Of a DNA stretch of 64,000 nucleotides, positions 15,927-26,000 are shown in pieces. Source of the DNA: an uncultured Bifidobacteriaceae bacterium (GTDB lineage Bacteria; Verrucomicrobiota; Verrucomicrobiia; Limisphaerales; UBA11358). The stretch lies in assembly GCA_964449815.1 (NCBI GenBank), contig CAYVGC010000006.1:8817-72816 (forward strand), in the 5' to 3' direction. Position numbers and translations under genes: made by a program. Numbering within the stretch: position 1 is the first letter of the stretch; every line of letters starts with the position of its first letter. Under the pieces are notes generated by a model that had not been told where the DNA came from, made no database searches, and saw only the letters and a list, made by a program, of their open reading frames with translations.

Positions 15927-16696
15927 AAAACTGGTTTGCCCATAACGTCCTCGGCCTGCCCGAACTCGCCTCGTCCAACGGCCAGGCTGTGGATGACCTC
16001 ATGGTTTATGTCCACTGGCTGATGCTGGTGCTGTTCGTCGGCTGGATCATTTATTTCGGCTATGTGCTGTTCCGTTTCAACTCGGTGCGCCACACAAAGG
16101 CCAGCTACGAAGGCTCCAAGAGCAGGATTCCCAGCTATGTCGAACTGGCCATTGTCGGCATCGAAGCCGTGCTGCTGCTCGGCATCGCCGTGCCGCTCTG
16201 GGCGAAAAACGTGCAGCAATTTCCCAAGCCTGAGGACGCCACCGTCATCCAGATCATGGCGCAACAGTTCGCTTGGAACGCCCGCTATCCCGGCCTCGAC
16301 GGAAAATTCGGCCGGCAGGACATGAAGCTCATTGCCAGCGACAACGTCTTTGGCGTGGACCCCGCCGATCCCGCCGGCAAGGACGACGTGCAGGTGCTCA
16401 ATGAAATCCACGTCCCCGTCAACAAACCCGTGCTGATTTATTTAAGCTCCAAGGACGTGATCCATTCGCTGAAACTCGTCGCCATGCGCATCACGCAGGA
16501 CGCCATTCCCGGCCTGCGGATTCCCTGCACCTTCACGCCCACGAAGATCGGCCGCTACCAGATTGAATGCGCGCAGCTCTGCGGCAACGGCCACGCCGCG
16601 ATGGCCGGCGGCTTCCTCGTCGTGCAAAGCCCGGCCGACTTCGCCGCGTGGCTGAAATCCAAATCTGCTTCCGCCGCGCCCGCCAGTTTTGAATGA
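15923..16696 (+). CDS. ctaC: Cytochrome c oxidase subunit II (CuA cupredoxin domain, no fused cytochrome c)
   Basis: Two N-terminal TM helices and the CuA motif HSLKL...CAQLCGNGHAAM. Confidence 0.88.
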   Translation: MKNWFAHNVLGLPELASSNGQAVDDLMVYVHWLMLVLFVGWIIYFGYVLFRFNSVRHTKASYEGSKSRIPSYVELAIVGIEAVLLLGIAVPLWAKNVQQFPKPEDATVIQIMAQQFAWNARYPGLDGKFGRQDMKLIASDNVFGVDPADPAGKDDVQVLNEIHVPVNKPVLIYLSSKDVIHSLKLVAMRITQDAIPGLRIPCTFTPTKIGRYQIECAQLCGNGHAAMAGGFLVVQSPADFAAWLKSKSASAAPASFE

Positions 16697-16804
16697 GCGG
16701 CGATGGAAATCGGTTCAAGCCCGACGCTTCCGGGGCAAGCGGATTTCCAATGCCTTTCGAGGACGGGCAGGATTGCCTGACAGCGGCTTCCGGCCAGGCG
16801 TTGA

Positions 16805-17290
16805 TTAATCCCTGAAATTTACAAACTGCACTGCCGCGGGAAATTCCCTGGCGCGCATGGCGGCGATGACGGCCTGCAATTCGTCGCGGCTCTTGCTGTT
16901 CACGCGCACCTCGTCCCCCTGGATCTGCGTCGTCACCTTGAACTTGCCGTCGCGGATGAAGCCGGTGATCTGCTTGGCCACGGCGCTCTCGATGCCCTGC
17001 TTGATCTTGATGCTCTGCCGCGCGTGGCCGAGCGGCGAAACGTCCGGGGCGCATTGTTCCACGCTCTTGAGGCTGATGCCACGCTTGGCAAGCCGGCCGA
17101 TGACAATTTCATTAAGCGTGGTGACTTTGAACTGGTCTTCGGCGGTGAGCTTGATTTCGGTTTTCTCCAGCACGATTTCCCATTTGCTTGCTTTGAAGTC
17201 AAAGCGGTTGGCCAGTTCTTTTTTGGCCTGGTTGACGGCGTTTTCGATTTCCATCGAGTTGACCTGCGAAACTATGTCGAATGAAGGCAT
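16805..17290 (-). CDS. yajQ: YajQ-family nucleotide-binding protein
   Basis: MPSFDIVSQVNSMEIENAVNQAKKELANRFDFK is the canonical YajQ N-terminus; 161 aa. Confidence 0.88.
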   Translation of the reverse strand: MPSFDIVSQVNSMEIENAVNQAKKELANRFDFKASKWEIVLEKTEIKLTAEDQFKVTTLNEIVIGRLAKRGISLKSVEQCAPDVSPLGHARQSIKIKQGIESAVAKQITGFIRDGKFKVTTQIQGDEVRVNSKSRDELQAVIAAMRAREFPAAVQFVNFRD

Positions 17291-17470
17291 GGCGGGAGTT
17301 TGGAAAATTCCCGGAAAAAGAAAAGACCGAATCGCGCGCCATCAGCCGGGCCGGGTGTCGCGGCTAATCCGGTCGCGCGGCCCGACCTGCCTTTCGCTGC
17401 CGGGTCCGATCCGGTGGTTCTGAAAACCTTCGCTGGCAAAACCTCCGGCAAGCGCCTACCCTCCCAGTTC

Positions 17471-18658
17471 ATGAGCGAAAGCCTGCAACTTACCATCCTC
17501 ATGCCCTGCTTGAACGAGGCGGAAACGATTGCCAGATGCATCGAAAAGGCCAGGCTCGGCCTCGAACGCGCCGGCGTGTCCGGCGAAATTCTCATCGCCG
17601 ACAACGGCAGCACCGACGGCTCGCAGGCCATCGCCGAGAAACTCGGAGCCCGCGTCGTGGTGGTGGCGGAAAAAGGCTACGGCAACGCCCTGCGCGGGGG
17701 CATTGCGGCGGCGAAGGGCAGGTGGATTCTCATGGGTGACGCCGACGACAGCTACGATTTCTCCGAGGCCGACCGGTTTGTCAGAAAATTTCGGGAAGGT
17801 TGCGACCTGGTCATGGGTTGCCGCCTGCCCGTTGGCGGCGGCACCATCCTGCCAGGCGCGATGCCGTGGAAAAACCGCTGGCTCGGCAATCCCATTCTTT
17901 CCTTTGTTGGCCGGCTTTTTTTCAAATGCCCCGCGCATGATTTTCACGCCGGGCTGCGCGCCTTCACCAAGGACGCGCTGGAGAAAATGGACCTGCAGAC
18001 CACCGGCATGGAGTTCGCCTCCGAAATGGTCATCAAGGCCACGCTCAAAAAATTCAAGATCGCCGAGGTGCCCATCACGCTGCACCAGGACGGCCGCTCC
18101 CGCCCGCCGCATTTGAAACCGTGGCGCGACGGCTGGCGGCATCTGCGTTTCATGCTCATCTACTCGCCGCGCTGGCTGTTTCTCGTGCCGGGGCTTTTGC
18201 TGTCCACCCTGGGAGTTGTTTTTTCCACGGCGCTGGCGGTGAAGGACATTCCGCTGGGCGGGGTTCAATTAAACGTCGGCACGCTGATGATGGCGTGCAT
18301 GGCGGTCATCGTCGGCTTTCAACTGGTGGCGTTTGCGTTCTTCACCAAGGTGTTTGCCATCGCCGAAGGGCTGCTGCCGGAAGACCCGAAGCTGACGCGC
18401 GTGTTCAAAACCTTCACGCTGGAAAAAGGCATCGTGGTCGGCTTGCTGGCATTGCTGGCGGGACTGGCCGTGTTTTCGCGTGCGCTCTGGCTCTGGCAAC
18501 AGGCCCATTTCGGCCTGCTGCCGTCCACCGAGGAAAACCTGCGGCGGCTGATTCCGGCGGCGACGCTCATCGTCCTCGGCATCCAGACGATTTTTTCCAG
18601 CTTTTTCATGAGCGTGCTCGGCCTGCGGACCGTGACCCGCAAGCCGCCTGCGCTGTAA
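17471..18658 (+). CDS. Glycosyltransferase family 2 with C-terminal transmembrane domain
   Basis: LTILMPCLNEAETI...IADNGSTDGS...MGDADDSYD (GT-A DxD) followed by about 4 TM helices. Start moved to MSESLQ at 17471. Confidence 0.8.
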   Translation: MSESLQLTILMPCLNEAETIARCIEKARLGLERAGVSGEILIADNGSTDGSQAIAEKLGARVVVVAEKGYGNALRGGIAAAKGRWILMGDADDSYDFSEADRFVRKFREGCDLVMGCRLPVGGGTILPGAMPWKNRWLGNPILSFVGRLFFKCPAHDFHAGLRAFTKDALEKMDLQTTGMEFASEMVIKATLKKFKIAEVPITLHQDGRSRPPHLKPWRDGWRHLRFMLIYSPRWLFLVPGLLLSTLGVVFSTALAVKDIPLGGVQLNVGTLMMACMAVIVGFQLVAFAFFTKVFAIAEGLLPEDPKLTRVFKTFTLEKGIVVGLLALLAGLAVFSRALWLWQQAHFGLLPSTEENLRRLIPAATLIVLGIQTIFSSFFMSVLGLRTVTRKPPAL

Positions 18659-18660
18659 GG

Positions 18661-19260
18661 ATGAAATCATTGCCGGGCGGAAACAAACCCGTTAACCTGC
18701 GCCAAGTTTTTATGACCCCGGTTGACAACACCCTGCAACGCTGGCGCATCAACAAGGCCGCGCAGCACATCGCGCCCGGGTCCCGCGTGCTGGACATCGG
18801 CAGCGCCGACGGCGCGCTGTTCAAGGCGCTGGGTGACAAACTCCGCAGCGGGCTGGGCGTGGATCCCGACTTGCCGGCCGACCGGGATTTGGGCCGCTGC
18901 CAGCTCAAGTCCGGATTTTTTCCTGACGCCATCCCCGCCGGCTGCGAACCGTTTGATGTCATCACCATGCTCGCCGTGCTGGAACATTTTCCCGACCCGA
19001 TGTATGCGACCTTGGGCGCAGACTGCGCCCGCTTTCTAAAACCAAACGGCCGGATGATCATCACGGTGCCATCGCCCATGGTGGACCATATTCTCACGGT
19101 GTTGAAATGGTTCCGGCTGATTGACGGCATGTGCCTCGAAGAGCATCACGGCTACGACACCAAACGCACCCGGACGGTTTTCGCCCCGCACTTCCGGCTC
19201 ATCCGCCACCGGCGGTTTCAGCTTGGCCTGAACAATCTGTTCGTCTTCGAAAAAGTTTGA
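18661..19260 (+). CDS. Class I SAM-dependent methyltransferase
   Basis: VLDIGSADGALF (motif I) ... ITMLAVLEHFPDP ... LKPNGRMIITVP. Confidence 0.75.
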   Translation: MKSLPGGNKPVNLRQVFMTPVDNTLQRWRINKAAQHIAPGSRVLDIGSADGALFKALGDKLRSGLGVDPDLPADRDLGRCQLKSGFFPDAIPAGCEPFDVITMLAVLEHFPDPMYATLGADCARFLKPNGRMIITVPSPMVDHILTVLKWFRLIDGMCLEEHHGYDTKRTRTVFAPHFRLIRHRRFQLGLNNLFVFEKV

Positions 19261-19540
19261 ACGGGCGCCGTGCGGCCGGCTTGCCGACGAGAAATGATCC
19301 GGAGTCGTGGGCGCGGCTCAATCAGGGCGCGCGGTGCCGCTGGCTCATTAAGTTTAGCGCATAATTGCCTTGCACCTTGGCATTGCCCTGAATTCGGAAA
19401 GACGTTTCCAAATGTCGGATTGGACGAAGTTTTTTACCTTGGGTTAGATTTTATTCCCGTGACTGCGTTTCCCTCTCGACAGTTCCGTCCACATTTTCGC
19501 AGGCTGGTTTTTTCACGGTAATTTTGTAAACTCCGCAAAA

Positions 19541-20314
19541 TTGCAAACCGCAACTGAACAAAAATTCCGCATCGGCTCCGTGCATTACCTGAATGCCGCG
19601 CCGCTCACGCGCGGCCTGAACAGTGAAATCATTTTTACCACGCCCGCCAAGCTCGCCGAAATGCTCCGGCGCGACGAGTTGGATGCCGCGCTCGTCAGCG
19701 TCACCGAGGTTCTGCTCACCGACCGCTACGACATCCTCGACGACATCGCCATCGCCTCGCTCGGCGAAGTTTACAGCGTGCTGCTGGCACATAAAAAACC
19801 GCTGGCCAAGGCCCGGGAAATATTCTGCGACACCGCGTCGCTCACCAGCGTGAACCTGTTGAAAGTCCTGCTGGCCGAGCGCGGCTTGAAACCGGAGTTC
19901 AAGCCGCTGGAAAATTATGCCGCCGCCGTGGAAAAGGATTTTGTCCTGCTCATCGGCGACCGGGCGATTGAATTCCAGCGCGCCCCGCACGCGCACGAGA
20001 TTTTTGACCTCGGCTCGGCGTGGCTGGAACTGACGCGACTGCCCTTTGTTTATGCCGTCTGGGCGCTGCGGCGCGGCATTGAGAACCGCGGGCTGCGCCG
20101 CGAACTCAAGGAGGCGAAGCGGTTCGGCCTCGAAACGCTCGACAACATCATCGAGACGCGCGAGGAATTCGACGAGGCTTTCCGGCGCGATTATTTCGAG
20201 TGGCACATCCACTACCACCTCGGCGAGGATGAAAAACGCGCCCTCGCCCGGTTCAGCGAGCTGCTCTGCAAGCACAATCTCGGCCCCGTGTTCGCGCCGA
20301 AGTATGTCGCCTGA
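19541..20314 (+). CDS. mqnA: Chorismate dehydratase (futalosine pathway, MqnA family)
   Basis: FRIGSVHYLNAAPLTRGL N-terminus, about 257 aa, periplasmic-binding-protein-like fold pattern typical of MqnA. Confidence 0.7.
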   Translation: MQTATEQKFRIGSVHYLNAAPLTRGLNSEIIFTTPAKLAEMLRRDELDAALVSVTEVLLTDRYDILDDIAIASLGEVYSVLLAHKKPLAKAREIFCDTASLTSVNLLKVLLAERGLKPEFKPLENYAAAVEKDFVLLIGDRAIEFQRAPHAHEIFDLGSAWLELTRLPFVYAVWALRRGIENRGLRRELKEAKRFGLETLDNIIETREEFDEAFRRDYFEWHIHYHLGEDEKRALARFSELLCKHNLGPVFAPKYVA

Positions 20315-20338
20315 TCACCGCCCGGCTTCAGTTGGAAA

Positions 20339-21949
20339 TTACTCTCTCGCCGTCTGCACCGGCCGCGCGGCGAGCGGAAAATTTTTGTTCGTCTCGCCAA
20401 AATAATTCGCCGACCAGTCGTTCTGGAAAAGCACCACGGGGTTTTTGCCGATGTCGTAGGCGAGCCGCGCCCCGGTCGGCAGCGAAAGCGCGTCAAGTTC
20501 TTCTTCCTTGATGTCTGTCGGCAGCCAGCGGACAACACTCCACGGCGCGGCTTCGAGGCGCGATTCCGCGCCGTATTCGCTTTCAAGGCGAAATTGCACG
20601 ACCTCGAATTGCAGCGGGCCGACGGCGGCCAGCAGCGGCGTTTTGATGGACGAATGGCGAAGACAAAGTGTCTGGATGACGCCTTCCTGCAAAAGCTGCT
20701 CCAAGCCTTGACGAAATTGTTTGTATTTCCCCGGGTTCGGATTGTGCAGATACGAAAATGCCTCCGGCGTGAAACGCGGGATTTCCTTGTAAAGAATTTT
20801 TGGATCGGTCGTCAGCGTGTCGCCGATGCCAAAACTGTCGTGTCCGACGAGGCCGATGACGTCGCCGGGATACGCCTCGTCCACGGTCTCGCGTTCATTG
20901 CCGAAAAGTTTGTGCGAGCTGGAGAGCCGCACTTTTTTCTCGGAGCGCGAATGATGCACCGTCATGTCACGCTCAAATTTGCCGGAGCAGACGCGGACGA
21001 ACGCGATGCGGTCGCGATGGCGTGGATCCATGTTCGCCTGGATCTTGAAGATGAAACCGGAAAATGCGGGATTCTCCGGTGAAATTTCGATGCCGCCCAT
21101 CACGCGCGATTTCGGCGCCGGTGAATGTTTCAAAAAACCGTCGAGCAGCAGTTGCACGCCGAAATTGTTCACGCCGCTGCCGAAAAAAACCGGCGTGCTT
21201 TTGCCGGCGAGCACGGCGGCATCGTCGAAGACTTCGCCGGCGTGTTCGAGCATTTCCAGTTCCTCGACGGTTTTATGAAACGTCTGGCCGCTGATCCTTC
21301 CGCGGATTTCCGGGTCGTCAATGCCGCCGACGGACACCGGCGCGCGATATTTGCCGCCGACGGTGCGGTCGAAGAGATGAAACTGCTTCACCTGCCGGTC
21401 ATAAACACCTTGAAAATCAATGCCGTCGCCAATCGGCCAGTTCACCGGGAACGCACCGATGCCGAGCACGCGCTCCAGTTCGTCGAGCAGCTCCAGCGGG
21501 TTTTTCATCGGCCGGTCGCACTTGTTCATGAACGTGAATATCGGCACGCCGCGCTGACGGCAGACCTCGAACAGCTTGCGCGTCTGCGGCTCGATGCCTT
21601 TCGCGGAATCAATCACCATGACGACCGAATCCACGGCGGTCAGCACGCGATAAGTGTCTTCGGAAAAATCCTTATGGCCGGGCGTGTCGAGCAGATTGAT
21701 GCGGTAGCCGTCGTAATCAAATTGCAGCACGGTCGAGCTGATGGAGATGCCACGTTTTTTTTCCAGCTCCATCCAGTCGGAAGTTGTGGCGCGCTGGTTC
21801 TTGCGCGCCGTCACGGAGCCGGCAAGCTGCACCGCGCCGCCGTAAAGCAGCAGCTTTTCCGTCAACGTGGTTTTGCCCGCGTCCGGATGCGAAATGATGG
21901 CGAACGTGCGCCGCCGCTGGATTTCTCTGGCAATGCTCACAAAGCGCAC
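20339..21949 (-). CDS. prfC: Peptide chain release factor 3
   Basis: RRRTFAIISHPDAGKTTLTEKLLLYGGAVQLAGSV...NLLDTPGHKDF. Confidence 0.93.
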   Translation of the reverse strand: MRFVSIAREIQRRRTFAIISHPDAGKTTLTEKLLLYGGAVQLAGSVTARKNQRATTSDWMELEKKRGISISSTVLQFDYDGYRINLLDTPGHKDFSEDTYRVLTAVDSVVMVIDSAKGIEPQTRKLFEVCRQRGVPIFTFMNKCDRPMKNPLELLDELERVLGIGAFPVNWPIGDGIDFQGVYDRQVKQFHLFDRTVGGKYRAPVSVGGIDDPEIRGRISGQTFHKTVEELEMLEHAGEVFDDAAVLAGKSTPVFFGSGVNNFGVQLLLDGFLKHSPAPKSRVMGGIEISPENPAFSGFIFKIQANMDPRHRDRIAFVRVCSGKFERDMTVHHSRSEKKVRLSSSHKLFGNERETVDEAYPGDVIGLVGHDSFGIGDTLTTDPKILYKEIPRFTPEAFSYLHNPNPGKYKQFRQGLEQLLQEGVIQTLCLRHSSIKTPLLAAVGPLQFEVVQFRLESEYGAESRLEAAPWSVVRWLPTDIKEEELDALSLPTGARLAYDIGKNPVVLFQNDWSANYFGETNKNFPLAARPVQTARE

Positions 21950-22089
21950 AGGATAGCAGAGAACCGGCAGCGGACAAGGCGGGAAGCGAAGCTGCTCTGG
22001 AATAGCCGGCTGGAAGATGCGTGGCTGCAGATTTTTCCCGCGGTGGTTTTTTCAAAAAAGGCTCGCCCGGCCTGCGCTGATTTCCGACG

Positions 22090-24054
22090 ATGCGCCGCAT
22101 GAGTTTGGATTCCAGCCCGCCGGCGAACGCCGCAGAAAAGTCCGCCGGCGATTTTGACCTGCCGCTGAAAAATTTCGCCGGCACGCCCGAACAAATCGAG
22201 CGGCAATGGTTCGAGCAGGTTTATCGCGGGCGCGGCGACTCGATGAAGCAGCTCACCTGGCGCGCGGTGCTCATGGGCTCGGCGCTCGGCGCGGTGCTGT
22301 CGCTCACCAACCTTTACATCGGCTTGAAATCCGGCTGGGCCATGGGCGTCGCCATCACCGCGTGCATTTTGTCTTATGCCATCTGGACCACCTTCGTGAA
22401 AATCGGCCTCGCCAAAGTGCCGATGACCATCCTCGAAAACAACTGCATGCAATCCTGCGCCAGTTCGGCGGGCTACTCGACCGGCGGCACGCTCATCTCC
22501 GCCTTTGCGGCGTTCATCATGTTGAACGGCCATGCGCTTTCACTGCCGCTGACGTTCGCCTGGGTTTTCTTCCTGGCCATTCTCGGCGTCACGATGGCCG
22601 TGCCGATGAAAAAGCAGATGATCAACATTGAACAGCTCCGGTTTCCCAGCGGCGTGGCGGCGGCGGAAACCCTGCGGGCGCTGCATTCGCACGGCGAAAA
22701 AGGGATGCGCGCGGCCAAAGCGCTTGGCATCGCGGGACTGCTCGCGGCGATTGATAATTTCTGGCACGACGGCTTTGCCGTGCTCGACGGTTTCTTGCTG
22801 AAGTCATTTCACATCGCCTCCAATTTCAACGCCTTTTCCAGCGACACCCTTTGCGTCAAATTCAATGCCGTCGTCTTTGGCCCGGCGTGGGTGGGGCGGA
22901 CGGTGCTGTTCAGTTGGGAGCCGATTTTCATCGCGTCCGGCGCGATCATGGGCATGCGCGTGTGCCTCAGCATTCTCTTCGGCAGCATCGTGTGCTGGAT
23001 GGCTTATGTGCCGTGGTTGCAGCACGCGGGGCTTATCACGCACGCGGGCTTTCGCGACTGCGTGCAATGGGCGCTTTGGCCGGGTGCGTCGTGCATGGTC
23101 TTCGCCAGCCTGCTGGATTTTATTTTGCAATGGCGGACTTCGCTCCGGGCTTTTCGCGATCTTGGCAAAATGTTTTCGCCGAAATCAAAAACGCCCGGCG
23201 AAATGGACGCCATCGAAACGCCGATGTCCTGGTTTGCCGCCGGCCAGCTCCTTTCGCTGGTCGCGCTCGCGTTGCTGGCGCACGCGTCCTTCGGAATGCC
23301 GTATTGGCAAAGCGCGCTGGCCGTGGTGATGTCCTTTGCGCTGGCGCTCGTGGCCTGCCGTGTCACCGGCGAGACGGACACCACGCCCATCAGCGCGATG
23401 GGCAAGGTCACGCAACTGGCTTTCGGTGCGCTCAATCCTGGCAACATGAACGTGAACCTGATGAGCGCGAACATCACCGCCGGCGCCGCCGGCTCGTCCG
23501 CCGACCTGCTGACCGATCTGAAAAGCGGCTACCTGCTCGGTGCCAATCCGCGCAAACAATTCATCGCGCAGTTCGCCGGCATTTTCATCGGCACCGTCGT
23601 CAGCGTGTTTGCATTCACGCTCATCGTAAACAAGCCCGAGGTCATCGGTTCGGATCAATTTCCCGCGCCCGCCGCGCAGACGTGGGCCGCCGTCGCGCAG
23701 GCCTTGAGCAAGGGTTTTGAGGCGCTCGCCCCGGCGAAGATCTGGAGCATCGTCCTCGGCGGCGCGGCGGGCATGGTGTTCGCCATTCTGCCGGTGATCT
23801 TTCCCGAACAGAAAAAATATCTGCCATCAGCGTCCGGTTTCGGGCTGGCGTGGATTTTTCAATGGTATTATGGCGTGCTGTTTTTCCTGGGCGCGGTCCT
23901 CGCCTGGTGGTTCCAGAAAAAATCGCCGGCGAAGGCGGAGGAATTCACCTTCCCCGTGGCGTCCGGCGTGATGGCCGGCGGCGCGCTGATGGGCGTGGCG
24001 ATCATTTTCTGGCAGAACGGCCCGGAGATGCTGCGGAAATTTTTAGGGCACTAA
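22090..24054 (+). CDS. OPT-family oligopeptide transporter
   Basis: 654 aa polytopic protein. QLTWRAVLMGSALGAVLSLTNLYIGLKSGW is a typical OPT N-terminus. Confidence 0.8.
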   Translation: MRRMSLDSSPPANAAEKSAGDFDLPLKNFAGTPEQIERQWFEQVYRGRGDSMKQLTWRAVLMGSALGAVLSLTNLYIGLKSGWAMGVAITACILSYAIWTTFVKIGLAKVPMTILENNCMQSCASSAGYSTGGTLISAFAAFIMLNGHALSLPLTFAWVFFLAILGVTMAVPMKKQMINIEQLRFPSGVAAAETLRALHSHGEKGMRAAKALGIAGLLAAIDNFWHDGFAVLDGFLLKSFHIASNFNAFSSDTLCVKFNAVVFGPAWVGRTVLFSWEPIFIASGAIMGMRVCLSILFGSIVCWMAYVPWLQHAGLITHAGFRDCVQWALWPGASCMVFASLLDFILQWRTSLRAFRDLGKMFSPKSKTPGEMDAIETPMSWFAAGQLLSLVALALLAHASFGMPYWQSALAVVMSFALALVACRVTGETDTTPISAMGKVTQLAFGALNPGNMNVNLMSANITAGAAGSSADLLTDLKSGYLLGANPRKQFIAQFAGIFIGTVVSVFAFTLIVNKPEVIGSDQFPAPAAQTWAAVAQALSKGFEALAPAKIWSIVLGGAAGMVFAILPVIFPEQKKYLPSASGFGLAWIFQWYYGVLFFLGAVLAWWFQKKSPAKAEEFTFPVASGVMAGGALMGVAIIFWQNGPEMLRKFLGH

Positions 24055-24749
24055 AGCCCGGGGCCGTCATCTGAAATCTTTTCAGACATGTGTGTTCATC
24101 GCCCCTCATTCGACTGCCTTAAACTGTCCTTGCCCACTGCTTTAATTGCGGAGAATAGGTTCATAAGAAAAGTCAGGCGCGCACAAGTTCAAGGATTGAT
24201 TTTCAATGCGAACGCAAGGTCGCACGGCCGTTCATCCGGCGGCGTGAGCTGCAGTCCGTTTTCGGCGCGGATGAATTTCAAGTTACCGCGCGCCGGCCGA
24301 TCCTTCAGACAACCTTCAATCCATGACGGTCCGCGACCTGCTCACCATGACCTGCGGCCCACGACACTGAGCCGAAGGCGGTCAACGGAACCCCGTCGGC
24401 AAAGCAGTTTTAAGCCCATCCAGTTCTGCACAAGTCTGGCACCCATTTCCAATACAATACTTTGGGCAGCAACACCCTCTCGGTTAAACTGTTGCCTGCG
24501 TTTCAAGCCGAGGCGCTGCCGGAGGATGCCGCCGGACGGGAAAGGCCAAAGCAAGTGATCGCCAATCTGGAAGCCCACCCGGCAAAGAAGGAAAAATGAC
24601 TGGGGCCGTTCTCATTGGGACTTGCCGTGCCTCAACCGGCCAGAACAACTGGCGCTGCTCGCCGGATGCCATTTGCAGGAATAGGCTGATTCCAATTCGT
24701 CCTGTTATGCGGTCATCACAGTTTTTAGGGTTGAGGTTAAATCGGGCTT

Positions 24750-25880
24750 TCAAACCGTATTCTTCTGGCCGGAAATGCACGCGGTCGGCCTCGCCAGATG
24801 AGAAGTATTTTGAACGGTTTCAATCATGGCAAGGATGTTTGCCAGCGGTGTGCCTGCTTGGACGTTATGGCAGGAACAACAAATGAAGCCCTCCCGACCG
24901 GAGCCCAAAGTTTCCAAGCAATGACGCACCTCGCGGCGGACATCGTCTGGAGTGCCGCGCGGGAGGGCAAACTGATTATCCACGCCGCCGTGGAAGACGA
25001 CGCGATGGCCGAACTCACGTTTGAGTGCTGCCAGTTCCATTCCCGGACAGGCGTGTTGAATCGGGTTGAGCACGTCAACACCACAGTCAAGTATCGGCCC
25101 CAGCAGCGGCCGCGCAGCCCCGTCAGTGTGGTAAAAAACCTGCAAGCCATGCGCGTGAATCAAATCGCACCAGCGCTTCAGCCGTGGTTGCAAATGCCGC
25201 ATCCACAAGGCGGGCGACATCAACAGTGAAGTCTGTCCAGCGATGTCGTCGCTGATGAAAACGAGATCCAGCGACTGGCCGGCACGGGCGAAGAAACGGC
25301 GCATCATTTCGGTCTGGATGGACTCCACACGGTCAAGAATCGCGTCCACCAGTTCCGGTGCTTCCATCAAATCCATCAGGGACTGCTCAAGCCCGCGCAA
25401 CTGGCAGTAAATTTCAAAAAATGAAACCCACGGTCCGATCACGGCAAAGTGTTTCGCCGCCCGCTGCGCCTTGGCCACCGCGCGGTCATAATCAAAACGG
25501 TCCGCGTTCGGCCACCACGGATAATCTGCCAGCGACTCCGGAGTGTCGTAACCTGCCAGCGGCGCGGAGCCAAATTCAGCGTAATGTGCGGCTCCAGCCT
25601 GAATCTCTTTGAGAGGCACGCCCCACATCGTGCGGCTGGCGCCGTCTTCGGCACCTGCGCCGGACTGTCCTCCGGCGCGTTCCCCGGCGGCGGTCTGATA
25701 ATCCATGAACACCCAGACAATTTTGTCGAGGCCCAGCGCCTGATACATCGCGAGGTCGTCCGCGACTGCACAATGCTGCCGCAAGAGCGCGCCAATCTCC
25801 GACGTATGCCAGAGATCCACCGGCAGACGGTCCACCGGTTGACGGTTGAGAACGGCTAAAATACGTTCGCGTGGAGTCAT
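24750..25880 (-). CDS. Uroporphyrinogen-decarboxylase-family (URO-D/MtaA-like) protein
   Basis: MTPRERILAVLNRQPVDRLPVDLW N-terminus and C-terminal FICCSCHNVQAGTPLANILAM, typical of URO-D-like methyltransferase/decarboxylase folds. Start moved to 25880. Confidence 0.65.
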   Translation of the reverse strand: MTPRERILAVLNRQPVDRLPVDLWHTSEIGALLRQHCAVADDLAMYQALGLDKIVWVFMDYQTAAGERAGGQSGAGAEDGASRTMWGVPLKEIQAGAAHYAEFGSAPLAGYDTPESLADYPWWPNADRFDYDRAVAKAQRAAKHFAVIGPWVSFFEIYCQLRGLEQSLMDLMEAPELVDAILDRVESIQTEMMRRFFARAGQSLDLVFISDDIAGQTSLLMSPALWMRHLQPRLKRWCDLIHAHGLQVFYHTDGAARPLLGPILDCGVDVLNPIQHACPGMELAALKREFGHRVVFHGGVDNQFALPRGTPDDVRREVRHCLETLGSGREGFICCSCHNVQAGTPLANILAMIETVQNTSHLARPTACISGQKNTV

Positions 25881-26000
25881 AGGGTTAAACTTATCGGATT
25901 TTCGCTGCTTGCCCGGCCCGACGGCACCACCTTCGCAGCCCACGAGCGAACGCACGGCGGTGACGGCGCGCACCAACGATCAGCCGCGCACGATCCAACT

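Noticed and set aside
17300-17470. N-terminal extensions on several track ORFs (17300-17470, 18121-18660, 47923-47970, 51770-51952, 53607-53771).
   Set aside because: The family-typical N-termini begin at internal starts, and the extensions overlap upstream genes or have non-coding-like composition.
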